A stretch of DNA of 40,589 nt from positions 1 to 40,589 of the forward strand of contig JAZDIV010000036.1 in the NCBI GenBank assembly GCA_043804695.1, written 5' to 3'. The stretch comes from PVC group bacterium (lineage in GTDB: Bacteria; Auribacterota; Erginobacteria; Erginobacterales; Erginobacteraceae). The position numbers and the translations under genes were made by a program. Of the stretch, positions 33,098 through 40,589 are shown one piece after another (the first letter of the stretch is position 1; every line of letters begins with the position of its first letter). The notes below the pieces were generated by a model. It saw only the letters and a list, made by a program, of their open reading frames with translations. It was not told the origin of the DNA and made no database searches.

Positions 33098-33250
33098 GGG
33101 GGATAGAAGGGATTAGCAGGGAGGAGGATGGAAAAGCAAGGAATAGTACGGAACAGCACGGAAATCGCCAGCCTCTTCCCTGCTTTTCCCTGCTCATCCC
33201 CGCTGCTCCCTGCTCATCCCTGCTGCTCCCTGCTGCTCCCTGCTTTTCCA
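33098..33250. repeat. Inverted decamer arrays (GGGAGCAGCA / TGCTGCTCCC)
   Basis: A degenerate left arm at about 33098-33165, and about 7 TCCCTGCTGC-like units at 33176-33250 overlapping the end of the FAD subunit gene. Confidence 0.75.
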
Positions 33251-34102
33251 CGCTTCTTTCAACGCCCTGGCTGTTAATGCTTCGATGACCGGTTTCTTGT
33301 AAGGGGTCGACCAGCGGATGCCGGAACGGGCGATCATCTCGCCGGAGACCGCTTCCCCGGCCTGCCGGAAAAGCTCCTCAGATGGTTTTTTACCGATCAG
33401 CAGTTTTTCCGCGGCCGTGATCCGCTCCGGCATCGGCGTCGTGCTTCCCGGGGAGATCCGCGCTTCGACAATGGCATCGCCGTTCAGAACGAGGATTACG
33501 GCCACATTCATCCGGGAGATGGCCAGCGCGTTCCGCCTCCCCAGCTTAATAAAAGCGCTCCGCGCCCCGGGAGGGAGACGACGGAAGCGGACGGCGGTCA
33601 ACATCTCGTCGTCACCGGCATTGGTCTGGTACGGCTTGACGTAGATATCTTTGAGCGGGACAACGCGCTCCCCTTTCTTCGACCGGAAGACCGCCTCGGC
33701 ATCAAGCGCCACCAGAGCGGGAACACTGTCGGCCGCGGGGGAGGCGTTCATGATATTGCCCCCGATCGTGGCGATATTCCGGTGCTGGGCGGCGCCGACG
33801 GTGGAGCAGGCAGCCGCCAGGAGCGGCGCCTGCTCCCGAATGACCGGCGAGGTGTGTATCTCCCGGTGGGTGGTCCCGGCGCCGACGGTGATGGTCGTGC
33901 CGTCGTCTTCAATCCCCTTGATCTCGGCGATCGCGGAGATGTCGAGGACGTTCGCCGGACCTTTCTCTCCGGGGGCCAAGCCCCTCAGCTCAACCAGGAG
34001 ATCGGTCCCCCCCGCGATGATCTTCGAGTCTTCGCCGTTCTCCGCCAGAAAATCCAGCGCCGCCTCGAGCGATCCGGCTCTGACCAGGTTGAAGGAGATC
34101 AC
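33194..34102 (-). CDS. FAD-binding subunit (XdhB/CoxM-like)
   Basis: IAGGTDL, RNIATIGGNIMNASPAAD, KLGRRNALAISR. GTG start overlaps the upstream stop (GTGA). Confidence 0.92.
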   Translation of the reverse strand: MISFNLVRAGSLEAALDFLAENGEDSKIIAGGTDLLVELRGLAPGEKGPANVLDISAIAEIKGIEDDGTTITVGAGTTHREIHTSPVIREQAPLLAAACSTVGAAQHRNIATIGGNIMNASPAADSVPALVALDAEAVFRSKKGERVVPLKDIYVKPYQTNAGDDEMLTAVRFRRLPPGARSAFIKLGRRNALAISRMNVAVILVLNGDAIVEARISPGSTTPMPERITAAEKLLIGKKPSEELFRQAGEAVSGEMIARSGIRWSTPYKKPVIEALTARALKEAWKSREQQGAAGMSREQRG

Positions 34103-36402
34103 CGGTCCCTCCTTTTCGTCTTCACCAGCTTGCGGCCGAGAACAATCCGCTCCAGGTTGAGGGGAAGGTCGCGGATCCGCTTACCGGTGGCGTGAAAGAC
34201 GGCGTTGGCGATGGCGGGAGCGCAGAGCTCCGCGGTCGGCTCGGCGATGCACTTGGCCCCGTAAGGGCCGCACTTGTCCTCGTTCTCGAGGATAAAAGAA
34301 TGGATCCTGCCGACATCCATCGCGGTCGGGATCAGGTACTCGTCCAGGTTCATGGTCTTGGTAGCCCCGTCAACCAGCTCGACTTCCTCCAGAATCCCGT
34401 AGCCGATGGCAGTGGCCACGCCGCCGCAGATCTGCCCGCGGACCGCCTCCGGGTTGATGGCCCGGCCAACGTCGTGAGCGGCCCAAACCTCGCGGACGTT
34501 CACCTTCCCGGTCTCGGTGTCGACCTCAACCTCGGCGATCTGGCAGCCGTAAACATAGGTGAAGTAGGCGTCTCCCCTCCCCTTCTCCTCGTTCCACCAG
34601 ATGGGAGGCGAGACATGCCAGGCGAAGGATGAGAGGTTCATCCCGGCGGCGAGGGCCAATTTAACCGCCTCCCGGAAATCCACCGCCCGGGCGGGATCGT
34701 CCCTGGCCAGGATCTTTTCATCCGCGGCGATCAGGCCGGCGGGGGAAACCCCCAGTTTCTTGGCCGCGGCGGCGCAGAGCTTCTCCCGGACATCAATCGC
34801 CGCCTGGCGGACGGCCGATCCGCCCATGATGGTGGAGCGGGAGGCGACGGTGGGGCCGCCATCGGTGATGATCGAGGTATCGGTCGCCCGGTACTGGATC
34901 CGCTCGATGGGGACGCCCAGCTCGCCGGCCGCGATCTGGGAGAAGATCGTCTTCAGCCCCTGCCCCATCTCGACCAGTCCAGTGGTGAGGTCGATCGAAC
35001 CGTCGGAGTGGATCTTCACGATCGCCCCGGTCGCGTCCACCCCTTCCGCGCCCAATGCCACCCCACGGTAGGAACAGGCGAGGCCGATCCCGCGCTGGAG
35101 GCGGCGCCCGGCGTTTTCCCCCGGAAACCGTTGCCGCTTCTCCTCCCACCCGGCGGCCCGGGTGGTGACATCCAGTGCCTCGCCGACGCTGACGGTGTGA
35201 TCAAGCTTCTGCCCGGTGGCGGTGATGTCGTTGTCGCGGAGAATATTTTTCTTCCTGAACTCAAGCGGGTCCATCTTCAGCTCGGCGGCGATCTCGTCCA
35301 TCAAAGATTCGTAGGCAAAGGCGATCTGGGGGGAGCCGAAACCCCGGAAGGCCCCGGTGTAGGTATTGTTGGTATAGGCTCCGTAGATGTCGGTCCGGAC
35401 GTGGGGGACGCGGTAGGGCCCGGTGGCGTGGACGACCGACCGCCAGGTGACGAAGGGGGTCATGGAGGCGTAGGCGCCGCCGTCGGCCACGATCCTGATC
35501 TCCATCGCCGTGATGGTTCCGTCCCTCTTCACTCCGACTTTATAATCGAGGAAATAGGGATGGCGCTTGTAGCTCTCGAGGAGGGAGTCCTCCCGGGTGT
35601 TGGAGAGCATGACCGGGCGGCCGGTTTTGAGAGCGAGGAGCCCCGCCCGGCAGCTCAAGACCGACATGCAGTCATCTTTCCCCCCGAAGGAGCCCCCCAG
35701 GGATGACTGGACGATCCTTACCTTCGAGAGGGGGAGCCCGAGGACACCGGAGACGGCCGAGCGGATGTTGAATATACTCTGGTGGGATCCTTTTACGACC
35801 AGGGTTCCGTCCGGATCGACATCGGCCACCACCACCTCGGTCTCGATGTAGGCGTGGTCGACCCGCTGGGTGGAGTATGACCGTTCGATGACGCGGTCGG
35901 CTTCAGCGAAACCGGCCTCGACGTCTCCCTTCCGGGTCTTGTGGTGAGCGATCAGGTTGCCGCCAGCGTGAATCTCGGGGGCACCGGCTTCGAGCGCTTC
36001 CCGGGGGTCGAAGACGGCGGGGAGTTCTTCATAGGCGACCGTGATCAGCCCGACCGCCTTTTCGGCGATCTCTTCGGTCTCGGCGGCGACCACGGCGACC
36101 GCATCGCCCAGGTAGCGGACCCTGTCTTTGGCGATCGGCTGATTGTCGACGATGACGGCGCCAAAGGCGGGGTTACCCGGGATGTCATCGGCGGTGACGA
36201 CGGCGGCAACGCCCGTGAGCTTTTTCGCCCGGGCGATGTTGATCTTCCGGATCAAGGCGTGGGGATACCCGGCATGCTTCACTTTCGCGTAAAGCATCCC
36301 GTCCATCCGGAGGTCCTGCCCGTAGCGGGCGGCGCCGGTCACCTTCTCCCGGGCATCCACTCGAGGGGGGGAGGTGCCGATGATGTCAAGTCCGCTGGTC
36401 AT
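34099..36402 (-). CDS. Xanthine dehydrogenase-family Mo subunit (XdhA-like)
   Basis: RVDAREKVTGAARY, GGSFGGKD, KRHP, AFRGFGSPQ, EMGQG, TVASRST, GAKCIAEP. Confidence 0.92.
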   Translation of the reverse strand: MTSGLDIIGTSPPRVDAREKVTGAARYGQDLRMDGMLYAKVKHAGYPHALIRKINIARAKKLTGVAAVVTADDIPGNPAFGAVIVDNQPIAKDRVRYLGDAVAVVAAETEEIAEKAVGLITVAYEELPAVFDPREALEAGAPEIHAGGNLIAHHKTRKGDVEAGFAEADRVIERSYSTQRVDHAYIETEVVVADVDPDGTLVVKGSHQSIFNIRSAVSGVLGLPLSKVRIVQSSLGGSFGGKDDCMSVLSCRAGLLALKTGRPVMLSNTREDSLLESYKRHPYFLDYKVGVKRDGTITAMEIRIVADGGAYASMTPFVTWRSVVHATGPYRVPHVRTDIYGAYTNNTYTGAFRGFGSPQIAFAYESLMDEIAAELKMDPLEFRKKNILRDNDITATGQKLDHTVSVGEALDVTTRAAGWEEKRQRFPGENAGRRLQRGIGLACSYRGVALGAEGVDATGAIVKIHSDGSIDLTTGLVEMGQGLKTIFSQIAAGELGVPIERIQYRATDTSIITDGGPTVASRSTIMGGSAVRQAAIDVREKLCAAAAKKLGVSPAGLIAADEKILARDDPARAVDFREAVKLALAAGMNLSSFAWHVSPPIWWNEEKGRGDAYFTYVYGCQIAEVEVDTETGKVNVREVWAAHDVGRAINPEAVRGQICGGVATAIGYGILEEVELVDGATKTMNLDEYLIPTAMDVGRIHSFILENEDKCGPYGAKCIAEPTAELCAPAIANAVFHATGKRIRDLPLNLERIVLGRKLVKTKRRDR

Positions 36403-36461
36403 TGGCTTTTTGATTTTTCTTATTCATCAGTCGGATCGGTCGAATAGATAGCCGAGCCCCT

Positions 36462-38987
36462 CTAGTCTTCCTTCAGGGCCTTGGTTTCTTCCTCGTCACG
36501 GTCGCGGAGCGAGAGAGCCCCGGCGGGACAGAGGAAGGTGCACATGCCGCAGCCGATGCACTTTTCGGCGTCCGTCTCCGGGATCAGCTTGTCGTTAAGA
36601 CTGATCGCCAGGTACGGGCAGCGGGCACAGTTCCCGCAGTGGACGCAGAGGTCCTCATCCACGGTCGAGATCTGCTTGACCGGGGTCAGAGCCATGAAAT
36701 CGCGGATCGGCTGGGGGAGCGCGATCCCGATCAGGTCGGGGACGGAGGTGATTCCCCGGGCGGCCATCAGGTGGCTCAGCCCCGAGCAAAGTTCACTGAT
36801 AATCCCGTAGCCGTATTTCTCCACGATGGTGCAGAACTGGACCGTCTTTACCCCCAGGGCCAGGAAATGGGCGGCGGCCATGTAGCCCATCGGGCCGCCG
36901 TTCCCGGAGACATGGACATTGAGGTTGCCGACCTTGGCCAGGGTGAGGTAGTTGATGGGGGCGATGGCGGCGCCGCTCATCCCGACGACCGCGCCGTCCT
37001 CCCACTCCTCCTTGACCATCTTCCGGAAATCGAGGGAGGGAAAGGTGTTGCCGAGGGTGACGCCGGCTTTCTGTTCGGGATAGCGGGCGAAGACCTCCTT
37101 GATGGCGTTGATGATGGTGGTGATCTCGGTCACCGCCGGGGTAAGCTTGAAGAGCTTGGGGATATCGGGGTCGCTCACCTGGAGGACCCAGTCGATAATC
37201 TTGGCGGTGAGGGCGGCGTTCTGGGAGACGATATCCCCCTCGGTCCCCTCCCCGCCCTGGGGGCAGGAGAGGCTGTACTCGACCACCATCGCCCCGGCGT
37301 TCTCCAGCATTTTCGTATTGCTCTGCCAGGACTTCATGTCGCTCTCGTCGTTCCCGGTCACGTTCCCCCCGGTGGAGGCGCCGGTGAGACGGTCGGGATA
37401 GGCCTTGATCAGTTTCTCCACTTCCGGGCAGACCCGGTCGAGGCGATGGCCGGAGACGTTGTCACAGTTGGCAAAGGTGGAGGGATCGATCTGATACATA
37501 TAGGCGGCGGGGATATGGATCGCGGTGCCGGGGGAGAAGGCGGTCTTCATGATCCCGCCGGCCCAGCCGGCCTCGTAGGCTTTCTGCATCTGGTCGACGC
37601 CATCGCTGGGGGGCGCCGCCGAGAGAAGGAAGGGGTTGATGATCTTCCTCCCGAAGAAGTCGGTCACCAGCGAGACCGGGACCGGCTCATACCCGGGGAG
37701 AACCGCCGTGTTCTTGACCGGGTTCTCGATCACCGGTTCTTCTTGCCGGTTCAGTAAGGCGTCAATCTTCCCGGCCTCATTCTTGCCGGACGCCACCGCT
37801 TCCACCACGGTGGTGGGTCCGTTGACGACATCACCGGCGTAAAAGACGGCCGGGTTCTTGACCCGGGGATAGGTTGACCGGTTCCCGACCGCGATAATCA
37901 CCTGATCGACATCCTGCAGCAGCTCCCCCACCCCTTCCCGGGCGGCGATGCACTCGAGGCTGAAGCAGGCTTTCGGGGGGATGGTGACCTTGGTCACTTT
38001 CAAGGCCTTTACCTTCCCGTTCTCGGCGACGATCCCGGTTACCTGTGAACGGCCGTTCACATCGACACCTTCAGCGATCAGCTCCTTCCTCTCATCGTCG
38101 GTCAGTGCCATTTCTCCGAAGGTTTCCAGGGCGAACATGTCGACATAGTCCGCCCCCCTTTTGGCGACGGTCACGGCACAGTCGCAGGCGGTGGCGCCGC
38201 CGCCGATGACGGCAACCCGGCCCTTCATCGGATAGGCGTCCGGGTCGAGGAGATAATCCAGCGCCTGGACGGCCAGATTCTCGTTGGGGATACCCATGAC
38301 CACCGGCTCCCAGCGGCCGACCGCGACCAGCACGGCTTCATACCCCTGATCGAGAAGAGCGGCCGGATCGTCCACCGCCGAGCCGCACCTGAGCGAGATG
38401 CGCCCCAGGGAGAGGGCAAAATCGATGTCGGCTTTCAGCACATCGGGCCGGAGCCGGTAATCGGGGATGCAGCGGACAACGCCCCCCGCTTCCCGCTCTC
38501 TCTCGAAGATGTCGACCTGGTATCCTTGGCGGGCCAGCAGCGCGGCCGCGCCGAGGCCGGCCGGGCCGGCGCCGATCACGGCCACCTTCCTGCCGTTGGC
38601 CTTGACTTTCTCGAACTCCGGCATGACGCCAAACCGGCGGGCCTTCTGGATGATGGTGGCCTGGAGGGCGGGGATGTTGATCGGACAATCGAGGTTCTCG
38701 TGAACACAGGTTCCCATGCAGTGCCGGTCGGGGCAGACCATCCCGCAAATCCCCCCCAGGGGGTTGGCGGAGAGAATCAGGGCCGCGGCCCGCTGGATAT
38801 CAGACGGGCGTCCGCCCCGGGCGGCCATGATAAAGTCAGGGGGCGAGACATCGGCCGGGCAGCCGTTCCCGCAGGTTTCCCCCTCCAGGCAGCCGGTCCG
38901 GCAGGGCTTTTCTTCGCAGTACTCGCATCTCCACAGTTCATCTTCAAACTGAGCATCCGGCAGGATCAGGTCTTCGGTCAACTTCAT
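36462..38987 (-). CDS. Single-chain dihydropyrimidine dehydrogenase-like flavoenzyme (GltD/PreT + FMN barrel/PreA + 2x[4Fe-4S]), 841 aa
   Basis: ATG at 38987 after SD GGAGGAG. CEYC..PC, NPLGGICGMVCP, GAGPAGL, GGGATACDC, SAAPP, MKT, LSCP, KLTP, GNT, GMSG, SGNGG, TVQFCT, CVHCGNC, CIGCGMC..CP. Confidence 0.85.
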   Translation of the reverse strand: MKLTEDLILPDAQFEDELWRCEYCEEKPCRTGCLEGETCGNGCPADVSPPDFIMAARGGRPSDIQRAAALILSANPLGGICGMVCPDRHCMGTCVHENLDCPINIPALQATIIQKARRFGVMPEFEKVKANGRKVAVIGAGPAGLGAAALLARQGYQVDIFEREREAGGVVRCIPDYRLRPDVLKADIDFALSLGRISLRCGSAVDDPAALLDQGYEAVLVAVGRWEPVVMGIPNENLAVQALDYLLDPDAYPMKGRVAVIGGGATACDCAVTVAKRGADYVDMFALETFGEMALTDDERKELIAEGVDVNGRSQVTGIVAENGKVKALKVTKVTIPPKACFSLECIAAREGVGELLQDVDQVIIAVGNRSTYPRVKNPAVFYAGDVVNGPTTVVEAVASGKNEAGKIDALLNRQEEPVIENPVKNTAVLPGYEPVPVSLVTDFFGRKIINPFLLSAAPPSDGVDQMQKAYEAGWAGGIMKTAFSPGTAIHIPAAYMYQIDPSTFANCDNVSGHRLDRVCPEVEKLIKAYPDRLTGASTGGNVTGNDESDMKSWQSNTKMLENAGAMVVEYSLSCPQGGEGTEGDIVSQNAALTAKIIDWVLQVSDPDIPKLFKLTPAVTEITTIINAIKEVFARYPEQKAGVTLGNTFPSLDFRKMVKEEWEDGAVVGMSGAAIAPINYLTLAKVGNLNVHVSGNGGPMGYMAAAHFLALGVKTVQFCTIVEKYGYGIISELCSGLSHLMAARGITSVPDLIGIALPQPIRDFMALTPVKQISTVDEDLCVHCGNCARCPYLAISLNDKLIPETDAEKCIGCGMCTFLCPAGALSLRDRDEEETKALKED

Positions 38988-39164
38988 ACCAACTCCTCCA
39001 TTATATTTCGCCACAAAGACACCAAGTCACCAAGGAAAAGCAAAAAACATATAAAAATACCACACCTTTCCCATAGGGATTTCTTGGTGTCTTCGTGGCA
39101 ATCATTTGTAAATTATAGTAGAAAAAGTACGGTAACAAAAGAGAGAAACGCGGTCAAGAACTTG

Positions 39165-40382
39165 TTACTCGTGTTCCGGCTCGTCGGTCAGGATGACCCG
39201 GACCATTGCCCCTTTCCGGAGGGGACCCGCATTCGGGGGGATGACCATCAGGCCATCGGCGATGACGAGAGAACGGAGGATCCCCGACCCCTGCGGTCCG
39301 GTGGGGCGGACGGAATACCCCTCCCCTTCCCTGCTCACGGAGACCCGCACCAGGTGGGTCCGCTCCGTCCTCTCATCGCAATCCTCCAGCAAAACCGCCT
39401 CCACTTCCGGCTGGCGGAGCTTCTTCTTCCCCTGCATCTTCAGGAGGGCCGGCCGGACAAACTGGAGGAATGAGATCAAAACCGAGACCGGGTTGCCGGG
39501 GAGGCTGAAGACGGGAACGCCCTTCACCGCCGTGAAGGTGAGGGGCTTGCCCGGCTTCATCGCCACCTGCCGGATCAGGAGTTCCCCCCCCATCTCCCGG
39601 AGGGCTTCCCGGACCAGGTCGTACTTCCCGACCGAGACCCCCCCGGAGGTGAGCACCAGGTCGGTGGTGAGGGCCACGCTCAGTATTTTCTTCAGGTCCT
39701 CCTTCCGGTCGGGGGCAATCCCGAGGGTGGCCGGGATACCACCATATTGCCGGACGGCGGCGGCCAGGGAATACCGGTTGCAGTCCCGGATCTTCCCGGG
39801 GAGAAGATCCTCTTCGATATTCTGCAGTTCGTCGCCGGTACTGATGATCGTCACCCGGGGCGGCGGGATCACGGCCGCCCGGGGATACCCGAGCGCCGCC
39901 AGCATCCCGATCTCCTGGGGTCGAAGGACGGTCCCCACCGTGAGAACGATATCTCCTTTTTGAACGCTCTCGCCGACTTCCCGGACGTTCTCCCCCTCCG
40001 TTACCGCCTTCATGATCTCCACACCGGTTCCTTCCCGGGTGTCTTCCACCATCACCACCGCGTCGGCCCCGGCGGGCAGGGGAGCACCGGTCATGATCCG
40101 GATGGCCCGGCCCGTCTCCACCGTCGTCGGGGAGACCTGCCCGGCCGGGAGATCCTCCAGCACGGCCAGCGTGACCGGGTTTTCCGGTGAGGCTCCCCGG
40201 GTATCGGCGGCCCGGACCGCATACCCGTCCATGGCCGAATTGGCAAACGGGGGGATATTCTCCCGGGCGGAGATGTTTTCGGCCAGAACCCGGCCCGGGC
40301 AATCGGAGAGGACCAGCGACGTACTCTCCAGGGGCCGGATCCGATCCAGGATAATCGACAGTGCTTTTTCGATTGAGATCAT
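39165..40382 (-). CDS. moeA: Molybdopterin molybdenum(/tungsten) transferase
   Basis: PPFANSAMDGYAV, RIMTGAPLPAGADAVV.VE, STGDEL, SGGVSVG..D, MKPGKP, LPGNPVS, QGSG.L.SL. Confidence 0.96.
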   Translation of the reverse strand: MISIEKALSIILDRIRPLESTSLVLSDCPGRVLAENISARENIPPFANSAMDGYAVRAADTRGASPENPVTLAVLEDLPAGQVSPTTVETGRAIRIMTGAPLPAGADAVVMVEDTREGTGVEIMKAVTEGENVREVGESVQKGDIVLTVGTVLRPQEIGMLAALGYPRAAVIPPPRVTIISTGDELQNIEEDLLPGKIRDCNRYSLAAAVRQYGGIPATLGIAPDRKEDLKKILSVALTTDLVLTSGGVSVGKYDLVREALREMGGELLIRQVAMKPGKPLTFTAVKGVPVFSLPGNPVSVLISFLQFVRPALLKMQGKKKLRQPEVEAVLLEDCDERTERTHLVRVSVSREGEGYSVRPTGPQGSGILRSLVIADGLMVIPPNAGPLRKGAMVRVILTDEPEHE

Positions 40383-40426
40383 TTATAAATTAGCGCCTTT
40401 GGCGCAACTGCGTAGCGGCGACCTTT

Positions 40427-40589
40427 AGAGGCTGTCCGATAAACCCTAAAAAAATGTCATTGCGAGCCCCGAAGGGGCGAAGCAATCTATTTTTTCATTC
40501 ATAACCACCTCTTATCCAAAATGATGAGATTGCTTCGTCGCTGCGCTCCTCGCAATGACCTCTAAAATGCCTAAAATCTGAATTATCGG
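40427..40589. repeat. RPE-like palindrome (40456-40559) nested in a probable larger inverted-repeat element cut by the window end
   Basis: GTCATTGCGAG...GAAGCAATC / GATTGCTTCG...CTCGCAATGAC. The outer CCGATAA (40436-40442) pairs with the terminal TTATCGG. Confidence 0.7.

Noticed and set aside
23036..40302. Long alternative ORFs (e.g. 26101-27678, 28561-30102 and 36639-37757 on +; 39373-40302 on -)
   Set aside because: They are antisense or shifted-frame shadows of high-GC3 genes with no recognisable motifs.

Overview
40.6 kb of chromosome from what looks like an anaerobic, GC-rich bacterium. Nearly all genes are on the minus strand; most short ORFs in the supplied track are antisense or shifted-frame shadows. 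(1) 286-9208 is a compact signalling module. A 1804-aa Ser/Thr kinase-STAND ATPase-TPR-GAF-sigma54 activator fusion lies upstream of two genes that each have a near-consensus sigma54 promoter and a shared upstream motif. These are a secreted Ca-binding TSP3-repeat/lamin-tail protein and a 58-aa CxxC...HxxCxxC protein. (2) 9480-22268 holds tRNA-Phe, malQ (apparent ATA start), galE and assorted redox, cofactor and metal genes, including trxB and a trxA pseudogene that the ORF track misses. (3) 22456-40382 is a Mo/W-pterin catabolic cluster. In transcription order it runs moeA, a single-chain dihydropyrimidine-dehydrogenase-like enzyme with altered motifs, two different xanthine-dehydrogenase-family trimers, then two AOR-family tungstoenzymes with ferredoxin subunits flanking three ubiquitin-like sulfur carriers. 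Most intergenic spacers carry palindromic or short-period inverted repeats, several touching start or stop codons and one inserted in-frame in a gene. All family calls come from motif recognition by eye; no database searches were run.
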